Below, piece by piece: positions 61,361 to 64,000 of a stretch of DNA of 64,000 nucleotides (the stretch's first letter is position 1; the number at the start of each line of letters is the position of its first letter). The notes under the pieces were generated by a model, which saw only the letters and a program-made list of their open reading frames with translations, ran no database searches and was not told where the DNA came from. The stretch spans positions 48,572 to 112,571 of the forward strand of contig CALAMK010000018.1 in NCBI GenBank assembly GCA_937925735.1, given 5' to 3'. The position numbers and the translations under genes were made by a program. This stretch comes from an uncultured Collinsella sp. GTDB lineage: Bacteria > Actinomycetota > Coriobacteriia > Coriobacteriales > Coriobacteriaceae.

Positions 61361-62602
61361 CTAGGGCCTGGGTGTTCCGCAGTTGCTGCAGAACTTGCCG
61401 CCGTTTTCGCTACCGCAGTTGGGGCAGAACCACTTGGCCGGTGCCGGGGCGGGTGCGGGGCTGCCGCACTCGGAGCAGAACTTGCCGGTGTTGGTGGCGC
61501 CACAGCTGCAGGTCCATGCGCCGGCCGCAGGTGCGGCAGCGGGTGCCGGTGCGGGGGTGGAAGCCGGAGCCGGCTGCGGGGCAGCCTGCTGCTGTGCCTG
61601 GCCGGCGGCGAACAGCTGACTGGCGTTCATGCCGCCCATGCCGCCTGCCATGCCCATGCCCATAAAGCCGGCCATCGCGCCGTTGGGGTTGGCGGCTGCC
61701 GCGCGCATCGCATCGCTCTGGGCGCTGGCGATGTTGGCGGCCGCCATGGTGGGATCGCGCATGACCGCGGCCTTCTGCAGGTCCTTGATCATCTGCTCGT
61801 CTTCTTGCGAAGCGGCGATGGAGTTGACGCCAAAGCTCACGATCTCGACACCGCGCAGGTCGCGCCAGTCGGCCGAGAGGACCTCGTTGAGCGCGCGGGC
61901 GAGCTCGGTGGTGTGACCGGGGATGGCGCTGTAGCGAATGCCCATTTCCGAGATCTTGGCAAAGGCGGGCTGCAGGGCGGTGAGCAGCTCGGACTTAAGC
62001 TGGCTGTCGATCTTATCGCGCGTGTAGCTATCGGTCACGTTGCCGCACACGTTGGTGTAGAACAGCAGCGGGTTGGTGATGCGGTACGAATACTCGCCGT
62101 TGCAGCGAACGGAGATGTCGACGTCCAGGCCAATGTTGTTATCGACCACGCGGAAAGGCACGGGCGAGGCGGTGCCGTACTTGTTGCCGATGATCTCCTT
62201 GGTGTTGATGAAGTAGACGCGCTGGTCCTTGCCTGCGTCGCCGCCAAAGGTAAAGCGGCTGCCGATATTGGCGAACGTCTCCTTGATGGAGTCGCCCAGG
62301 TTGCCGCTAAAGACGCTCGGCTCGCTGCCGGTGTCAAAGACGAACTCGCCGGGCTCCAGCGCGACCTCGATGATCTTGCCGTTTTGCACCACGAGCATGC
62401 CCTGGCCGTCGTTGACGGCGATGACGGAGCCGTTGGAGATGACGTTGTCCTCGCCGCGCGTGTTGGAGCTGCGGCCGCCGGTGCGCTTGCTGCCCTTGCA
62501 GGCCAAGACGTCAGCGGGCATCGATTCGCAATAGATAAATTCCTTCCACTGGTCGGCCATGACGCCGCCGGCAGCACCCAATCCAGCTTTCAAGAGTCCC
62601 AT
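61361..62602 (-). CDS. SPFH/band-7 domain protein fused to C-terminal Gly/Met/Ala-Pro-rich linker and two zinc-ribbon motifs (YdjI-like)
   Basis: N-terminal ~300 aa SPFH-like. Low-complexity AGFMGMGMAGGMGGM...APQPAPASTPAPAPAAAP. Then CSCGATNTGKFCSECGS and CPNCGSENGGKFCSNCG (two CxxC...CxxC ribbons). Confidence 0.65.
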   Translation of the reverse strand: MGLLKAGLGAAGGVMADQWKEFIYCESMPADVLACKGSKRTGGRSSNTRGEDNVISNGSVIAVNDGQGMLVVQNGKIIEVALEPGEFVFDTGSEPSVFSGNLGDSIKETFANIGSRFTFGGDAGKDQRVYFINTKEIIGNKYGTASPVPFRVVDNNIGLDVDISVRCNGEYSYRITNPLLFYTNVCGNVTDSYTRDKIDSQLKSELLTALQPAFAKISEMGIRYSAIPGHTTELARALNEVLSADWRDLRGVEIVSFGVNSIAASQEDEQMIKDLQKAAVMRDPTMAAANIASAQSDAMRAAAANPNGAMAGFMGMGMAGGMGGMNASQLFAAGQAQQQAAPQPAPASTPAPAPAAAPAAGAWTCSCGATNTGKFCSECGSPAPAPAPAKWFCPNCGSENGGKFCSNCGTPRP

Positions 62603-62650
62603 GGTGATCTTCCTTTCTCGTCAAAGGCCGGGTGGTATTGGTCAGAATGG

Positions 62651-63973
62651 CTAATCGTCCTTGTTGTCCTTCATGACAACGGTGGTCTCGGTGTGGCTGA
62701 AGGTGTCGTGCTTCTCGGTCAGGTCGAGCTCGCCGCAGTAGCAGTCGGCGTGGGTGGCCTCGTTGGCCGTCTTGAGCTGGCCCACCAGCAGCACGTCTGC
62801 GATGATCACGATGATCAGCGGCGCGACGATGTTGATGAGGATGCCCTCGACATCAAAGGTGAGGTAATCCGGATCGAAGGCGTTCTCGCCCATAAAGAGA
62901 ATCTGGGAAAGGACAAATCCGATCGCAAAGAACAGCACCGAGGCGATAGCGAGCTTGGGCTTGGAGCAGGGAAGCTCGCCGACCATGCGGCCGGTTTGGC
63001 CGTTCATGGCAAACAGGTAACTCTTGCCGTTCCACGAGGTAGAGAGCATCCACACGGGGAACAGAGCATAATCGTTTTCTTCCCAGGTGTAGTCGAGCTG
63101 CTTGCTTTCGACCGTGGCGTCGTCGTACTCGTCGACGACGGTCTCGCGCAGGGCCGAGATCGTGCTCTCCTCCATGCGGCGCTCGGCGCGCACCTTGCAG
63201 GTTTCGCAATCCTCGTCATAGCGGTTGGCGATGTAGCCGGGCATATAGGCGACCGAGAATGGGCGCAGCGCGTCGTAGTCAAACGGCTCGATGGCGTCCA
63301 TGTGGCCGTCGGGCATCTTGGACGATCCGTCGACGGGCACGCGCTCAAACGAGATATTGCCCTTACGGTAGGCGTCGTAGTGGTCGGTGGTCGTGACGGT
63401 GCGGTCGGATTCCTCGGTCACGGTCTCGTTGGTCGCGTCAAAGTACACTTCTCCGTCAACGCGGGCGCCGTAGAGCCAAAACGGCACGTAAACGCCTTGG
63501 ACCTCGTCGATGTGGTTGCCGGTGACAAAGCTCTTGGGCAGCAGGATTTTACCCTTGTAGTGGTCTTTGAGCGCGGCCATGACATCGTCGCGCCCGAGCT
63601 TAAACGGAATCACCAGGTCGGGTGAGAAGTCGCCCGAGAGCTGGCCGGGTGCCACGGCGGAGTTGCCGCAGTACGGGCAGGTGGTGACGGCGACGGTGCC
63701 GTCGGACACGAGCTCGGCGCCGCACGACGAGCAGATGTAGCCGGCGTTTTGAGCCAGCTCCTGCACGGCATCGTCGACAGCAGGCTTGGGGGCCGCGGCT
63801 GCGGCATCGGCTTTGGCATCTGCCTTGTCCTGGCGCTCGCGATAGAGGGCCTCGACTTCTTCGACTTCAAAACGCGAATCGCAGTAGTCGCAGACGAGCT
63901 TTTGCTCGGCACTGGCAAAGTGAAGGGGGCCGCCACACGCGGGGCACTGATAGTTGACGCTCTCGAAGGCCAT
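62651..63973 (-). CDS. double zinc-ribbon membrane protein (YdjG-like), probable partner of the SPFH protein
   Basis: N-terminal CPACGGPLHF...CDYCDS and CSSCGAEL...CPYCGNS zinc ribbons. Central soluble domain. Two C-terminal TM helices (LAIASVLFFAIGFVLSQILFMG; INIVAPLIIVIIADVLLVG). Confidence 0.55.
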   Translation of the reverse strand: MAFESVNYQCPACGGPLHFASAEQKLVCDYCDSRFEVEEVEALYRERQDKADAKADAAAAAPKPAVDDAVQELAQNAGYICSSCGAELVSDGTVAVTTCPYCGNSAVAPGQLSGDFSPDLVIPFKLGRDDVMAALKDHYKGKILLPKSFVTGNHIDEVQGVYVPFWLYGARVDGEVYFDATNETVTEESDRTVTTTDHYDAYRKGNISFERVPVDGSSKMPDGHMDAIEPFDYDALRPFSVAYMPGYIANRYDEDCETCKVRAERRMEESTISALRETVVDEYDDATVESKQLDYTWEENDYALFPVWMLSTSWNGKSYLFAMNGQTGRMVGELPCSKPKLAIASVLFFAIGFVLSQILFMGENAFDPDYLTFDVEGILINIVAPLIIVIIADVLLVGQLKTANEATHADCYCGELDLTEKHDTFSHTETTVVMKDNKDD

Positions 63974-64000
63974 GATCGGTCCTTTCGCTGCCGGAGGCTA

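Noticed and set aside
60591-63625. Plus-strand ORFs 60591-61355 and 61271-63625 (784 aa) opposite the lipoprotein/SPFH/zinc-ribbon genes
   Set aside because: The minus-strand genes have a lipobox signal peptide, SPFH domain and CxxC zinc ribbons; plus-strand translations are Gly/Ala/Arg low complexity.

Overview
High-GC (roughly 60-65%), densely coding window; gene content suggests an anaerobic Actinobacteria / Coriobacteriia-type chromosome (inference only, no search run). In order it contains:

- 2-8311 (+): 3' 8.3 kb of a giant Gly/Asn/Thr-rich repeat protein, at least 2766 aa, 5' end outside the window.
- 8388-10330: a small lower-GC accessory islet. A Schlafen/AlbA_2-type ATPase gene sits between two ~80-bp direct copies of a structured repeat, followed by a lone IS3-OrfA-like HTH gene.
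- 10915-16556 (+): a complete Ech-type energy-converting [NiFe] hydrogenase operon with EchA and EchB fused in one ORF.
- 16620-17110: a tandem pair of MITE-like hairpin elements.
- 17117-25944: a divergent HisKA_3 kinase / NarL regulator pair with an ABC-2 efflux operon (LnrJK-LnrLMN-like), then a MacB/FtsX-type ABC pair.
- 26054-37896: DUF362 Fe-S protein, alpha/beta hydrolase, HlyIII, CorC/HlyC, YtxH and PRC-barrel proteins, a polysaccharide deacetylase, then overlapping MgtE-like and Nramp divalent-cation transporter genes.
- 38190-42567: an OatA-like acyltransferase, ribokinase and nucleoside hydrolase.
- 42685-46740 (+): a bglG/licT-type antiterminator, PTS EIIBC and 6-phospho-beta-glucosidase operon with three recognisable RAT sites.
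- 46923-52911 (+): a LacI-controlled cluster of an FucI-like isomerase, a split transketolase and an FGGY kinase (candidate unassigned ketose pathway).
- 53064-56109: luxS, a DUF4867-like gene, a palindromic repeat cluster and a second 6-phospho-beta-glucosidase.
- 56249-60248 (+): a three-gene signalling module: polytopic pseudo-histidine-kinase (H-box His replaced by Gln), HisKA_3 kinase, NarL regulator.
- 60438-63973 (-): a Psp/YdjGHI-like envelope-stress cluster: lipoprotein, SPFH-zinc-ribbon fusion, double zinc-ribbon membrane protein.

Several short genome-specific hairpin repeat families are visible, including one that overlaps stop codons. No rRNA, tRNA or CRISPR array was seen. The most interesting candidates are the repeat-flanked Schlafen-like islet, the pseudo-kinase three-component module, the stop-codon hairpin family, the transketolase-dependent sugar cluster and the fused EchAB hydrogenase.
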